A stretch of 64,000 nucleotides of DNA from Candidatus Poribacteria bacterium (GCA_963666305.1 OY762722.1:5092812-5156811), one strand, 5' to 3'; shown: positions 18,073-29,280, counted from the stretch's first letter. Notes: a model not told the origin generated them from the sequence alone. Numbers and translations: made by a program.

Positions 18073-19353
18073 ATGGCGAAGTCCCCGAACGTACTTCTTA
18101 TTCTCGCCGATGACCACGGCTATGGCGATATTTCAGCTCACAACGGTCCATCAATTCAGACACCCAATATTGACAGAATTGCCGCAAACGGAGTGCGTTT
18201 TACTAAATTTTATGCGAATTCCTCTGTCTGTTCCCCCAGTAGAGCATCCCTCATGACCGGACGCTACCCTGACCGAGCCGGAGTGCCGGGCGTCATCCGC
18301 ACCCATCCAGAAAACAGTTGGGGCTACTTTCGACAGGATGCAGTCACACTCCCCTCAGTTTTGAAACAGAAAGATTATCATACCGCACTTATTGGTAAGT
18401 GGCACCTCGGACTTGAACCGGAGAATCATCCATGTAAGCGAGGCTTCGACCATTTCCACGGCTTTCTCGGCGATATGATGGACGACTACTATACGCATCT
18501 CCGACACGACACTAATTACATGCGACACGGCTCCGACACGATCAATCCGCAAGGACACGCCACAGATCTCTTCACGGAATGGAGTGTGGATTTCATTCGT
18601 GCGCAGGCGCAATCATCTCGGTCTCCCTTTTTTCTCTATCTCGCCTATAATGCACCACATACACCGATCCAACCGCCCGACGATTGGGTGGAACGGATTA
18701 GGGAACGCGAGCCGGATATTTCCCCGCAGCGCGCCAAATACATTGCCCTTGTCGAGCACATGGATGCTGGTATTGGGCGAGTACTCGATACACTTGTTGA
18801 AACAGATCAGTTGTCCAATACGCTTGTCATTTATACCTCCGACAACGGCGGGTCGATGGACGTTGGGGCGCACAACGGTCCCTTGCGCGGGCAAAAGGGC
18901 GAAATGTACGAGGGCGGCATTCGAGTTCCGACGTGTGCAATGTGGCCAGGGCACGTTCCAGAAGGACATGTCACCGATCAGGTTGCATTGCTGATGGATC
19001 TTTTCCCGACTGTATGTGAGGCAGCAGATGCACCGATCGCCCATGAGATCGAAGGACATTCAATTTGGCAAACGCTTCAAGGCGAACAGCAAGATTTCTC
19101 TGACCGCGTCCTCTACTGGTTGCGAAGAGAGGGAAGACAGCAATTTTTTGGGCAGTGTCAGCATGCCGTACGACGTGGGGACATCAAATTGTTGCACAAC
19201 CGACCTTTTGAGCCATTGGAACTCTACGATTTGTCAAGCGATCCACTGGAAACAACAAACGGTTCACAGACACAGATCGACCTCTTTAGTGAAATGAGTC
19301 AATTATTTCAGACGGAGACGCAGAAGGCTGGGCGTGTTCCGTGGCAGCGGTAA
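18073..19353 (+). CDS. Arylsulfatase family (Cys-type formylglycine) sulfatase
   Basis: PNVLLILADD, CSPSRASLMTGR, GKWHLG, SDNG, KGEMYEGGIRVP. Confidence 0.93.
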   Translation: MAKSPNVLLILADDHGYGDISAHNGPSIQTPNIDRIAANGVRFTKFYANSSVCSPSRASLMTGRYPDRAGVPGVIRTHPENSWGYFRQDAVTLPSVLKQKDYHTALIGKWHLGLEPENHPCKRGFDHFHGFLGDMMDDYYTHLRHDTNYMRHGSDTINPQGHATDLFTEWSVDFIRAQAQSSRSPFFLYLAYNAPHTPIQPPDDWVERIREREPDISPQRAKYIALVEHMDAGIGRVLDTLVETDQLSNTLVIYTSDNGGSMDVGAHNGPLRGQKGEMYEGGIRVPTCAMWPGHVPEGHVTDQVALLMDLFPTVCEAADAPIAHEIEGHSIWQTLQGEQQDFSDRVLYWLRREGRQQFFGQCQHAVRRGDIKLLHNRPFEPLELYDLSSDPLETTNGSQTQIDLFSEMSQLFQTETQKAGRVPWQR

Positions 19354-19709
19354 CTGCCTAAGAGGCATCAGTTATCAGGAGGGATGGAAGGATCGGTGCC
19401 CAATCTTTCAACCTCTTAATTTTGTAACTGAAGACTGTCCCACTGCCAAGCATGTTAACTAAAGACTCTAATATCTCAATATATGTTACACTTAAGAATT
19501 AACTATGGGCGGCTCTAAGTATTTAAAGAATCATACACATTCGCATCTCGATCAGAATTAACTAAAAACGATCATAGAACGAAATTATGCTTTAAATGGC
19601 ATAATTTGTCTTTGCTTTACATTTGGAACGATGATCAGAAGCCCATAGTTAGAAATCCAAATAGAAAAGGCGGTTCCTATTTTGTTTTACGAACGAAACC
19701 TACATAATA

Positions 19710-21108
19710 CTAAAGTTTGGACAATATTAAGAATTAAGGTGTGGGAAAGCAGAAAAGCAGGTATCCTTTCATAAACATATCCGTGTTTTGAAAGGAAGAA
19801 AAAAATGAACCTGCTTCTCCACTTAGAAAGTATTCTATCGGATTTTCGATTTATGTTCAACTCCCAAAACTTTGCGCTTTTCCAAGCATTCATCTATGGG
19901 TTTATTACCCACACCCGCGAGGGCAGCTTGACGCAGCTTTACCAATCGAGTGCCTCACAGACGCGATATTGGTCTTTCCCCAAGTTCCTTTCCCGAGGGA
20001 AATGGGACCCCGATGCGGTGGCTGCCCATCTCATGAAATATCTTCAAGCCATATTTCCACAGTGGGTCTACGTTTATGATCAAACCCAAGCATTGAAAAC
20101 GGGTGCCTCGCAATGGGGACTTCACTTCTTCCGAAACTTCAGTTACCAAAAGCATCGCGTCAATCAATCGAAGTTTCACTACGGACATGAGTTTGGTGCC
20201 CTCGGCCTCTTATGTGCGACACCAACGCAGTGGTTGCTTTTTCCAGTGTGGGTGAAACTTATCGTCCCGCAGACCGTTCGTGATAAAGGCGATGCCATCC
20301 TCAAACGTATCTGTTCAAAGATCCCTTGCGGATTAATTCTCTTTGATCGTGGCTTCGCTCGCCGAAAGGTCTTTGAAATGCTCCTCGGATTCGGACATCA
20401 CATCTTGTGTCGTGCGAAGTCAAATGCGGTGTTCTATCGGATACCTAAACCTCCAAAACACCCCAAACCCGGACGTCCCCAGAAATATGGAGACCGCTTG
20501 AACATCCGGCGCCTGCGGTATCAAACGATGTCCATCGCAGACAAAGACTGCCAGATCGCTTCACACCTCGTGCGGACGAAAATGTGTCCCGTGGATGTCC
20601 GACTCGTCGTCATACGCACCCGACCCAAACGTTCAAAACCATATCGGTATTTCCTCGTCTTTACAACCGACTTGACCCTCGAAATACCCCAGATCGTTGA
20701 ATACTATCAGCACCGCTGGCAGATTGAGACCGCTTTTCGAGACCTCAAACAGGAGTTTGGATTCAGCGCATATCGCGTGAAATCTCGAAAAAGCATCAAT
20801 CGCTTCGTGCAACTGAGTTGCGTCGCAGCAAGTCTGACGAAACTCATCTTCTCAATGCCACACCCAACGGAAAACCCCATAAACGTCAAGACCGTCTGTG
20901 ATTCCCTCGGCATTCATTGGTATCACCCCCGGAAACTCACACAAGGGCTTCGAGTCGCTTATCTACAGACACAGATCCGGGCGTTCGGATTTTCTACGAG
21001 TACCCCTGAAAATACAAACCCGCAGAATATTAGCACCCTTGTTCAACAAGATACCACGCTGCCTTTTGACAAGGCCGCTTGAAAATCATAATATTGTCCA
21101 AACTTTAG
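19710..21108 (+). mobile_element. Complete IS4/IS701-superfamily insertion sequence (1399 bp)
   Basis: Perfect 20-bp TIR ctaaagtttggacaatatta / taatattgtccaaactttag; 9-bp TSD tacataata at 19701-19709 and 21109-21117. Confidence 0.93.
19805..21082 (+). CDS. DDE transposase
   Basis: YVYDQT, LFDRGF, YxxRWxIExxFRDLK (YREK) motif. Confidence 0.9.
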   Translation: MNLLLHLESILSDFRFMFNSQNFALFQAFIYGFITHTREGSLTQLYQSSASQTRYWSFPKFLSRGKWDPDAVAAHLMKYLQAIFPQWVYVYDQTQALKTGASQWGLHFFRNFSYQKHRVNQSKFHYGHEFGALGLLCATPTQWLLFPVWVKLIVPQTVRDKGDAILKRICSKIPCGLILFDRGFARRKVFEMLLGFGHHILCRAKSNAVFYRIPKPPKHPKPGRPQKYGDRLNIRRLRYQTMSIADKDCQIASHLVRTKMCPVDVRLVVIRTRPKRSKPYRYFLVFTTDLTLEIPQIVEYYQHRWQIETAFRDLKQEFGFSAYRVKSRKSINRFVQLSCVAASLTKLIFSMPHPTENPINVKTVCDSLGIHWYHPRKLTQGLRVAYLQTQIRAFGFSTSTPENTNPQNISTLVQQDTTLPFDKAA

Positions 21109-21182
21109 TACATAATACATCAGCACGTGAGGATAGCCTTGACGCGACCGGTGATTCTCGGACGCGAGATCACAATGATGTC

Positions 21183-22064
21183 ATGGAAATTCCCTCAGAA
21201 ATAGGTGGAGGAAAGCAGGTGGATTCATCAACATCCAAGCACGTTGTACATCCAATCAACCCAGTGGAAAAAATTGGCTATACTTCTCTGCATGATGCGG
21301 CACGCGACAATGCTTATGAGGCAGTAGCAGCATTGCTGGAAAACGGCGCAGACACCAACGCAAAAGACAAATATGGTTATCCTCCCCTGCACTGGGCAGC
21401 ATGGCACAATGCTTATGAGGCAGCCGCAGTATTGCTGAAAAATGGCGCAGATGCCAACGCAAAAAACGATAAGAACTTTACGCCGTTGCATTGGGCGGCG
21501 TGGAATAATGGACATGAAACAGCAGTCGTATTGCTGGAGAATGGCGCAGAGGTCAACGCAGCGAATGAAGATGGCGATACGCCTCTACACTGGGCGGCGT
21601 GGCGTAATGTTTATGAGGCAGAAGGGATATCGCTGGAAGACCAGTTAGGTGTCAACCCCAGAAGCAAATCTGGTTATACGCTCCTGCATTGGGCAGCGTG
21701 GCGTAATGCCTATAAAACAGCAGTCGTATTGCTGGAGAATGGCGCAGAGATCAACGCAGCGAATGAAGATGGCTGTACCCCACTACACATTGCGGCGGAA
21801 GATGATACCTCTGAAGTGGCAACGGCGTTGGTAAAAAATGGCGCGGACATCAACGCGAGAGACCAAAATGGCGATACACCTTTGCACGTCGCAGCGCAGT
21901 ACAATGCGTATGAGACGGCGTTGGTATTGTTAGAAAGTGGCGCGGATGCTAACGCTGAGGATGATAAAGGTCATACACCTTTACACATTGCGGCAGAGAA
22001 GAAAGCGCATGAAGCAGTAAAGATACTATGCCGTCACCGAGAAAGAAGGGGATGGTCATGGTAA
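21183..22064 (+). CDS. Ankyrin repeat protein (5' end probably interrupted by the IS)
   Basis: About 8 GxTPLHxAA...LLENGADxNA units; the frame continues upstream of the IS to TTG 19682. Confidence 0.9.
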   Translation: MEIPSEIGGGKQVDSSTSKHVVHPINPVEKIGYTSLHDAARDNAYEAVAALLENGADTNAKDKYGYPPLHWAAWHNAYEAAAVLLKNGADANAKNDKNFTPLHWAAWNNGHETAVVLLENGAEVNAANEDGDTPLHWAAWRNVYEAEGISLEDQLGVNPRSKSGYTLLHWAAWRNAYKTAVVLLENGAEINAANEDGCTPLHIAAEDDTSEVATALVKNGADINARDQNGDTPLHVAAQYNAYETALVLLESGADANAEDDKGHTPLHIAAEKKAHEAVKILCRHRERRGWSW

Positions 22065-22383
22065 TCGTCTTTTCATTCAGATGGCAACCAGTGTTACGCT
22101 GCCAGAGTAAAAAATAAATTAATTCATATAATAGGTGGATCGCCACAGCAGAAAATGACGCTGGTAAGTTAAGCCTTGAAGGTATCACGCAACTTTCCAC
22201 CAATCCTGAAAGGAACAAGGACTGTCTCTGATGGCAATTTCCCGCCTCGGAACAGAGAGCGGTGGTTACACTTAATGTCAAATGTCCAGAGATTTAATCA
22301 TACATTTCGCTAAAGAAGGCAATCATACAATCTCTGGTGATTCCTTGTTCGGTAAGTGATCTCTAAAGAATCATGGAAAGCCA

Positions 22384-24690
22384 ATGACAAACACAGACAC
22401 AAATAATCTTGTTTTATGGTATCAGAAACCAGCTGAAACATGGACAGACGCACTCCCGATTGGAAACGGACGGCTCGGTGCTATGGTGTTCGGCGGTGTA
22501 GAGCGAGACCGCATTCAACTCAACGAAGAAACGCTTTGGGATGGTAGTCCCCGCGACACCAACAACCCAAAGGCTTTGGAAGCACTCCCGAAGGTGCAGC
22601 AGTTGCTCTTTGATGACAAAAATGAAGAAGCCACTAAACTTGCTGGCGAGACAATGCTTGGCGTACCAGAACGTATCAAGTCCTATCAATCCTTGGGCGA
22701 TCTGTTTTTGGAGTTTTCCCATGATGGTGATCCTACTGAGTATCACCGAGAGTTAAATCTGAATACAGGTATTGCAAAGACAACCTATCGTTGTGGAGAT
22801 GTCAATTTTAGCAGAGAAGTTTTTTCGACAGCAGTAGACAACCTCATTATCATTAGAATTGAATCCGACACAGTAGGGCAACTCGCTTTCGATGTCGCGA
22901 TAACTCGGGAACAAGATGCCACTGTTGAAGCAATTGCCGCTAATATCCTTAGATTGGACGGGCAATGTGGCAACGATGGAATGCACTTTTCAGTGTATCT
23001 ACAGGTGCAAATTGAAGGGGGGAAGGTCCAGTCGGAGAACGACCGGCTCGCTGTGCGCGACGCAAATGCCGTGACGCTTCTTCTCGCCGCTGCGACAAGT
23101 TACATTAATCAGAACGATGCGAGTGGAAGTCCGCACGCGCTCTGCGAAGGTCATCTCACTGATATTGACGCAAAATCTTATACGACAGTTCGAGCAGATC
23201 ACATTGCCGATCATCAGGACCTCTTTCAACGAGTGCATCTGGATCTTGGCACTACCGACGCTGCGAATCTCCCGACCGACGCGCGCTTGGAAGCAGTAAA
23301 AGCAGGGGCATCGGATCCGGAACTTGTTGTCCTTTACTTTCAGTATGGACGCTATCTGATGATGGGGAGTTCGAGACCCGGATGCTTGCCTGCAAATCTA
23401 CAAGGCATCTGGAACGAGCACATGAACGCTCCTTGGAATAGCGATTTCCATACCAATATCAACCTCCAAATGAACTATTGGGTCCCTGAGATCTGCAACC
23501 TTGCGGAGTGCCATATCCCCTTATTCGATTATATGGAGACACTTGTTCGACCGGGGAGTCGCACAGCGAAGAGCCACTACGGTGCCGACGGTTGGGTTGT
23601 CCACCATCTTTCTGACGTCTGGGGTTTCACGACACCTGCTGATGGCATCTGGGGTATTTGGCCCGTAGGTGCCGCGTGGCTATGTGAACATGTGTGGGAA
23701 CACTATCTTTTCGGTGGCGATAAAGATTTTCTCATAGGACAGGGCTATCCACTCATGAAAGGTGCCGCCCGCTTTATACTGGATTTTCTCGTTGAGGCAC
23801 CTGAAGACACGCCTTTTGCTGGTAAACTCGTCACGAATCCATCACACTCACCCGAAAACAGTTTCCTAAAGCCTGATGGCACACGCTCCCTTTTTACCTA
23901 CGCGGCAACAATGGACATGGAAATTATTCACGAACTCTTTACCAACTGTATCGCTTGCATTGATGTCCTTGAGGAAGATACCGAATTCCGTGCTGAATTG
24001 GTTTCTGCTCTTGAACGACTCGCACCGCTCCAGATTAGCAAACAAACAGGACGGTTGCAGGAATGGGTCTTTGACTATGACGAACCGGAACCAGGACACC
24101 GGCACATGTCCCACATGTATGCACTCCACCCAAGTTGCCAGATTACGCTGCGTGGGACACCGGAGTTAGCAGCCGCGGCAAAGAAATCGTTAGAATATCG
24201 CTTGGCGCACGGGGGTGGACATACGGGGTGGAGCCGCGCATGGCTCGTCAACTTCTGGGCACGGCTTGAGGATGCCGAGGAGGCATACACGCATCTCCAG
24301 GCGCTTTTGGCGAAATGTACCCTAACGAACCTATTTGATACACATCCACCTTTCCAGATCGACGGAAATTTCGGGGGAACCTCCGGCATCGCAGAGATGT
24401 TGCTTCAGAGCCATGCAGGTGAGATCCACTTGTTGCCCGCGCTTCCAAAGACGTGGGGTACAGGAAACGCCAGTGGATTGCGCGCCCGCGGCGGATTTGA
24501 AGTGGCAATGGCTTGGGAGAATGGACAACTCATCGAGGCACACCTTCATTCCACATTGGGAGAAGACTGCACTGTCCGAACAGCCGTAATTGTTTCGGTG
24601 ACGTGCGATGGCGTTCCAGTTGAAACGGAACAATCGGAGTCGGTTGTCAGGTTTGAAACAGAGGTAGGGAAAACGTACGCACTTTTTTAA
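22384..24690 (+). CDS. GH95 alpha-L-fucosidase
   Basis: [52 protein letters not shown]. Confidence 0.95.
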   Translation: MTNTDTNNLVLWYQKPAETWTDALPIGNGRLGAMVFGGVERDRIQLNEETLWDGSPRDTNNPKALEALPKVQQLLFDDKNEEATKLAGETMLGVPERIKSYQSLGDLFLEFSHDGDPTEYHRELNLNTGIAKTTYRCGDVNFSREVFSTAVDNLIIIRIESDTVGQLAFDVAITREQDATVEAIAANILRLDGQCGNDGMHFSVYLQVQIEGGKVQSENDRLAVRDANAVTLLLAAATSYINQNDASGSPHALCEGHLTDIDAKSYTTVRADHIADHQDLFQRVHLDLGTTDAANLPTDARLEAVKAGASDPELVVLYFQYGRYLMMGSSRPGCLPANLQGIWNEHMNAPWNSDFHTNINLQMNYWVPEICNLAECHIPLFDYMETLVRPGSRTAKSHYGADGWVVHHLSDVWGFTTPADGIWGIWPVGAAWLCEHVWEHYLFGGDKDFLIGQGYPLMKGAARFILDFLVEAPEDTPFAGKLVTNPSHSPENSFLKPDGTRSLFTYAATMDMEIIHELFTNCIACIDVLEEDTEFRAELVSALERLAPLQISKQTGRLQEWVFDYDEPEPGHRHMSHMYALHPSCQITLRGTPELAAAAKKSLEYRLAHGGGHTGWSRAWLVNFWARLEDAEEAYTHLQALLAKCTLTNLFDTHPPFQIDGNFGGTSGIAEMLLQSHAGEIHLLPALPKTWGTGNASGLRARGGFEVAMAWENGQLIEAHLHSTLGEDCTVRTAVIVSVTCDGVPVETEQSESVVRFETEVGKTYALF

Positions 24691-24771
24691 TTTACCTTGC
24701 GGTTCGGTCAGGTGTGTTGAATGAACAACGATCCTCTCCGTAGATCTGAAGAAACGCCCAAGCAAAAACCC
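24688..24771 (+). repeat. Dispersed ~80-bp intergenic element, copy 2 (full)
   Basis: taatttaccttgcggttcggtcaggtg...ccgtagatctgaagaaacgcccaagcaaaaaccc. Confidence 0.75.
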
Positions 24772-24856
24772 TGCGCCGTTGTTGCAGGCTATGGTTTTTC
24801 GTACAAATTCTCAACATATAGAAATCGTTTATAGTCAAGCCCACAATGGTGAATCC

Positions 24857-25789
24857 TTAAAAAAACAAACGCTCTTGATCGGTATATTGCTTAATCCGCT
24901 CATTTGCCAACTCGACGTATTTCTCCTCAATGTCGTACCCAATATAGTGCCTCCCTGATTTCAAAGCACTCAGGCACGTGGTCCCGCTTCCACAGAACGG
25001 ATCCAAGACGACATCACCTACAAAGGTATAGAGTTGAATTAACCGATGGGGCAACTCCTCAGGAAAAGGCGCAGGATGTCCGATCCGTTTCGCCGAGACA
25101 GACGGAAACGTCCAGACGCTTTTTGTCCATTCTAAGAAATCCTCTTTGCGAATCGAATTTTCTTTTCCATTGCGTTTCCGAGAAAAGGAATCCTTTGAGA
25201 AAACGAGGATATATTCATGAACGTCCCTTAACACCGGATTCGCCGCTGATAACCAACTTCCCCACGCCGTCGAAGACCCAGCACTGGAAGCTTTGTCCCA
25301 AATAATCTCACCCCGCATGCAGTAACCTATCGCTAACATGTCTTCTATGATGTAACTATGTAACGGGATATAGGGTTTCCGTCCTAAGTTAGCGATATTG
25401 ATACACGCCCTACCGCCGGTAACCAATTTTTTATAGGTTTCAGCGAAAACAGCGTAGAGGAGTTCCCTATATTCCTCAAGCGATAAATCCTCGTCATACT
25501 CCTTTTTCGCATTATACGGCGGAGACGTAACCATCAGATGAACACTACCATCAGGGATTGCAGACATGTCTGTGCTGGAAGCACAATAGAGTTGGTCGAG
25601 ATTTTCGGCAGGGATTGGGTTTTCTATCCACGTATCGGGCTTTGGAGGTGCCTGATCGGCGTAGAGTTTGCTCCCATAAAACGCACTCGCATCGTGATTG
25701 ATTCTGCCGGGGGTTCCAAACGCGCTGGTTTGAGTCCCTTGTTTTCGAGATTCCGAGTCCATTTTACCCATATTTTCCATCCACCTCAA
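24857..25789 (-). CDS. Site-specific DNA methyltransferase (N4-C/N6-A, beta class), orphan
   Basis: VTSPPY motif IV before DPFCGSGTT motif I; HPAPFP. Confidence 0.9.
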   Translation of the reverse strand: MRWMENMGKMDSESRKQGTQTSAFGTPGRINHDASAFYGSKLYADQAPPKPDTWIENPIPAENLDQLYCASSTDMSAIPDGSVHLMVTSPPYNAKKEYDEDLSLEEYRELLYAVFAETYKKLVTGGRACINIANLGRKPYIPLHSYIIEDMLAIGYCMRGEIIWDKASSAGSSTAWGSWLSAANPVLRDVHEYILVFSKDSFSRKRNGKENSIRKEDFLEWTKSVWTFPSVSAKRIGHPAPFPEELPHRLIQLYTFVGDVVLDPFCGSGTTCLSALKSGRHYIGYDIEEKYVELANERIKQYTDQERLFF

Positions 25790-27027
25790 TATCGATCCGG
25801 GGACCAGAAGATGACCTCGCGTTCAGGAAACAACACACCTAAAAACGCAGAGACTTCTGGAGATACCGAAGCCTCGGAACTTACCTGCTCCCACCCTATC
25901 TCGCCGAATAGAAGTTGCCAGAAATCTGCTTCAGTTAAATCTATTCCCAAGTCAACAGTATCCGCATCTTCAGGTACGATTTGCAGTGTACCATCGGCAT
26001 TGTGTCGTAGGGATGCTTGCTGATTGTTGAGAGCAGGCAATTTGACAGTGAGCGGTGGAAAAGTCTCTTCAACATCCGCAATTCGCGATTCCCATCCGAC
26101 GACAAAGCGACGCAAAAGCACAGGTAGGTTCACAGCGTAGAGCATCATCTTCGTGTCGATTGTCGGCGTTAACGCATCATTGCCTCCCGCTGTGAGTCGT
26201 TCTACAAATGGGTGTTGGGGCGAGAACATGCCTTCTATCTGCTCAACCTCTTGTGCTTCACACGCTTCCAGAAAGTGGGATACAAGCGCGTCCAAGACTT
26301 CTGGATTATCGGGGATGTATCCCACCTCACGCACTTCTGCGGTCTTTGTGGGAGGGGTTTGTAACCCCGAATCATGTATTTCATAGTTGAGATACCCATT
26401 GATGTGTCCGTCTTGGCGTGCGACAACGGTTGGAAGGACCTCGCGGATACGTGAGGGTGTCATATCCCAGTAAGCGCGTGTCCGCGCGATAGTTCCACTC
26501 TGCTGGACATTGATGAGGTCGTATAATCTCGCCACTGCATCTAAATCTGTTTCTGGGTTGAAATCGGTTAGTTGCCACCCCGACGAATTTACCGTACGTG
26601 TCGTCGCACTGCATGTCAAACTGAAGCCGTGTAACGGCAAAGAGGTCCATCCCAAACGGCGATAAAAATCCGCTGGAATGATAGTAAATAGGGCACCGAT
26701 GTCGCATCCAACCATTCCCAGATAGTTAATTGTATCACGCATGAGGGCAGACGCGTACCCAACTCCCCGATACTGTGGATGTGTGCAAACACCACCAATG
26801 CCGCCCATCGTTACGAGAGAGGCACCAACCTGCATCCGCCGTTCCCAAACGCGCAGCGTCGAAATAACTGTGTCGTTCACAACGACAACCCGGGTTTGCG
26901 GAAGCCTGTAGCTACTGTCACCGCGCACATACTGCCAATAGCGTTCATGACCATCGGGATTAAACGCCAAACAGCAGAGCTCAACAACCTGTTCTAATTC
27001 TGATTCGCGAGCCGCTCTAATCTCCAT
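25786..27027 (-). CDS. GNAT acetyltransferase, Eis-like
   Basis: GGIGGVCTHPQYRGVGYA, FYRRLGW. Confidence 0.85.
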   Translation of the reverse strand: MEIRAARESELEQVVELCCLAFNPDGHERYWQYVRGDSSYRLPQTRVVVVNDTVISTLRVWERRMQVGASLVTMGGIGGVCTHPQYRGVGYASALMRDTINYLGMVGCDIGALFTIIPADFYRRLGWTSLPLHGFSLTCSATTRTVNSSGWQLTDFNPETDLDAVARLYDLINVQQSGTIARTRAYWDMTPSRIREVLPTVVARQDGHINGYLNYEIHDSGLQTPPTKTAEVREVGYIPDNPEVLDALVSHFLEACEAQEVEQIEGMFSPQHPFVERLTAGGNDALTPTIDTKMMLYAVNLPVLLRRFVVGWESRIADVEETFPPLTVKLPALNNQQASLRHNADGTLQIVPEDADTVDLGIDLTEADFWQLLFGEIGWEQVSSEASVSPEVSAFLGVLFPEREVIFWSPDRY

Positions 27028-27171
27028 ATTTTTAACGATTGGGTTTCTGCTTTAATAGCATTTCGTGGGTTGGAAGGATGGAAGACGGGAAGGGTGGGTC
27101 CCATCCTTCCTCCCTTCCCTCTTTCCATCCATTCTTCCTTTATTCCTCTTATTACCGATAATTGATAACTG

Positions 27172-28221
27172 TTACTGCATTGAAAAAACAACGCCTAACG
27201 CCTCATTCGGCGTTTGAATCAATTTTTCACACCCTTCAGGGGCCTGATCAATCGGAATAACATCTGTAATCAACGGTTTCACTTGGATTTTGCCTTCCGA
27301 CATCAGCCGCAGTGATAATTCTAAGTTGCGTTGTGTGGGCCAAGGGACAAACACCGGTGGGTAATCCGCACCGTGTTCATAGTCCTCATCGTGGTAACCG
27401 GGTCCAGTGCGCGCCGCACTAATAACATCGACGTTACCGAGCCCCGCCGCAAATCCGTGTGTAATGTTCGCCCCGCCGACAATGACAATCCGTCCGACTT
27501 TATGGGTATCCGGTGCTGTCTTGAGCATCGCACGGATCTGCTGAAACGCACTTGTTCCATCGCCACCGAAGGCGATAATCCCACAATCCATGCCGTAGCC
27601 TTTGGTGAATTCCTTCCCAATCGGAATCGGATCTGTGTCCGAGACGTTTATCGCACGGTGTATCCCCGCGGCTTCAGCAATGCCTATCCGCAGTGGCAAC
27701 CTATCCAAGCCAATAACATAGGCACCCGCGGCTCTGGCTATCTGACACGCGAATTGTCCAACAATGCCTAATCCAGCAACGACAACGTTCTCGCCAATAC
27801 GGATGCGTCCGCGTTGCACTGCGTGGAGTGCAGTTGCTGCGAGATGAATAGATGCGGCTTCTTCGTGGCTGACGTCATTCGGAATTTTCGCGCACAGGTT
27901 ATGTGGGATACAGGCGTGCGTGGCGTGAAGCGCATATCCGCCACCCATACCAGCCACACTATCACCGATCTCGAATTCGTCGCAGTCGCCCTCTTTACCG
28001 ATGACAACACCGGCATTCGTGTATCCGAACGGACGTTGCCGTGCTTCAGAACCCGGATTCTCGCGGCGCCGCTTGACCCCACCGAGTTCCGTGCCGGGAC
28101 TCACCATTGAGGCGTGAACTTCAATTAAGAGTTGCCCGATTTTCGGTGCTGGTGTTTCCTGTTCCTCCGTCCAGATACGTCCCGCTTCATTCATCATCAA
28201 AACTTTTCTCGTTTTACTCAT
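27172..28221 (-). CDS. Zinc-binding alcohol dehydrogenase (MDR) family protein
   Basis: VSPGTE, FGY, VAGLGIVG. Confidence 0.8.
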   Translation of the reverse strand: MSKTRKVLMMNEAGRIWTEEQETPAPKIGQLLIEVHASMVSPGTELGGVKRRRENPGSEARQRPFGYTNAGVVIGKEGDCDEFEIGDSVAGMGGGYALHATHACIPHNLCAKIPNDVSHEEAASIHLAATALHAVQRGRIRIGENVVVAGLGIVGQFACQIARAAGAYVIGLDRLPLRIGIAEAAGIHRAINVSDTDPIPIGKEFTKGYGMDCGIIAFGGDGTSAFQQIRAMLKTAPDTHKVGRIVIVGGANITHGFAAGLGNVDVISAARTGPGYHDEDYEHGADYPPVFVPWPTQRNLELSLRLMSEGKIQVKPLITDVIPIDQAPEGCEKLIQTPNEALGVVFSMQ

Positions 28222-28284
28222 AAACAGTCCTTTTGATTCCTTTATATTTCTGGGCGCGTTCTGCCAGCGCGCTAAATCGAATAT

Positions 28285-29280
28285 TTACTGGTAAGGTTCC
28301 AAATCAATCCCGGGATATGCATCCTCAAGACGTGCAAGAGCGTCCGGTGTGTAGTATGCATCACCAGGAGCGGGCCACCCCAAAACGCGTCGCACGGCAG
28401 GGGTCGTCTTTATGACAAACTTCATGTAGTTCGGGCTACTCCAACCCGGCACGGGACGCGTCGTTTTGCACCAATCGTCATTGTCGGCACGATGGAAGTG
28501 ATAGCCCATCCATCCGCGCTGTCTACTTTTGTTCTGAAAGGGTTGTGCGGCGTGAACCAAGTAACTGGAACGGAATGCAACACTCCCCGCTTTCGCCGTA
28601 AGGGGGATCGGATCCGCGAGTTCTCCTTTAAATTCCCGTAAGTCAGGAATACCCATTCCACCTGCTCTGCCCGGGTACTTCGCCCATATTTTATCCAACT
28701 GGTTCTGTGAACCTGGGCAGACAAGCATCGGTGCCCCGTCCAATTCGACGTCATGTGGGAAGATAGCGGACAAAATATATCCATAGCGTTGCCAATCCGG
28801 GTGCGGGGGCAAAGGTGAGTTCGTCGCATTATCAATGTGGTAACCCTGCCACAGATATTCACTATGACGGCTATCGGTGAGTCCTTCTCGGAGAAAGATT
28901 TGCCCATAACCGAGCCGAATTTCTTCCGTGCCTAACAGTTGCTGTGCGATTCCGAGGTATGCCTCGTTTTCGAGCAGTTTGTCTACCGCTTCTAAACCGG
29001 TCGGAAAATGCAGTGCCTGACCGAAGGGACCCGCAAGTCGTTGCATCGCATCGGTCTTCTCATAAGCACTTTTTAACGCTTCCGGTTGTGGGTCCCATTT
29101 CGCTCGATATTCAGCGTAAGTCAATCCATCATAGGCATTTCTTTCGATCTCTTCCAGCGCGGGCACAAACGCTTCCGGTGAAAACACGTTGGGCACCACG
29201 ATTATTCCATCCTGTTTCCATGCTGCCAATTGTTCCGTTGTCAGTTGCATGACATCTACCTCCCTGTGAACGTCTCCCAT
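28285..29280 (-). CDS. PhyH family dioxygenase
   Basis: QDGIIVVPNVF, YHID, AGSVAFRSSYLVHAA; start may be 29250. Confidence 0.8.
   Translation of the reverse strand: MGDVHREVDVMQLTTEQLAAWKQDGIIVVPNVFSPEAFVPALEEIERNAYDGLTYAEYRAKWDPQPEALKSAYEKTDAMQRLAGPFGQALHFPTGLEAVDKLLENEAYLGIAQQLLGTEEIRLGYGQIFLREGLTDSRHSEYLWQGYHIDNATNSPLPPHPDWQRYGYILSAIFPHDVELDGAPMLVCPGSQNQLDKIWAKYPGRAGGMGIPDLREFKGELADPIPLTAKAGSVAFRSSYLVHAAQPFQNKSRQRGWMGYHFHRADNDDWCKTTRPVPGWSSPNYMKFVIKTTPAVRRVLGWPAPGDAYYTPDALARLEDAYPGIDLEPYQ

Noticed and set aside
20898-21182. N-terminal 95 aa of the track's ankyrin ORF
   Set aside because: Mostly read from inside the IS in an alternative frame of the transposase 3' end and TIR.
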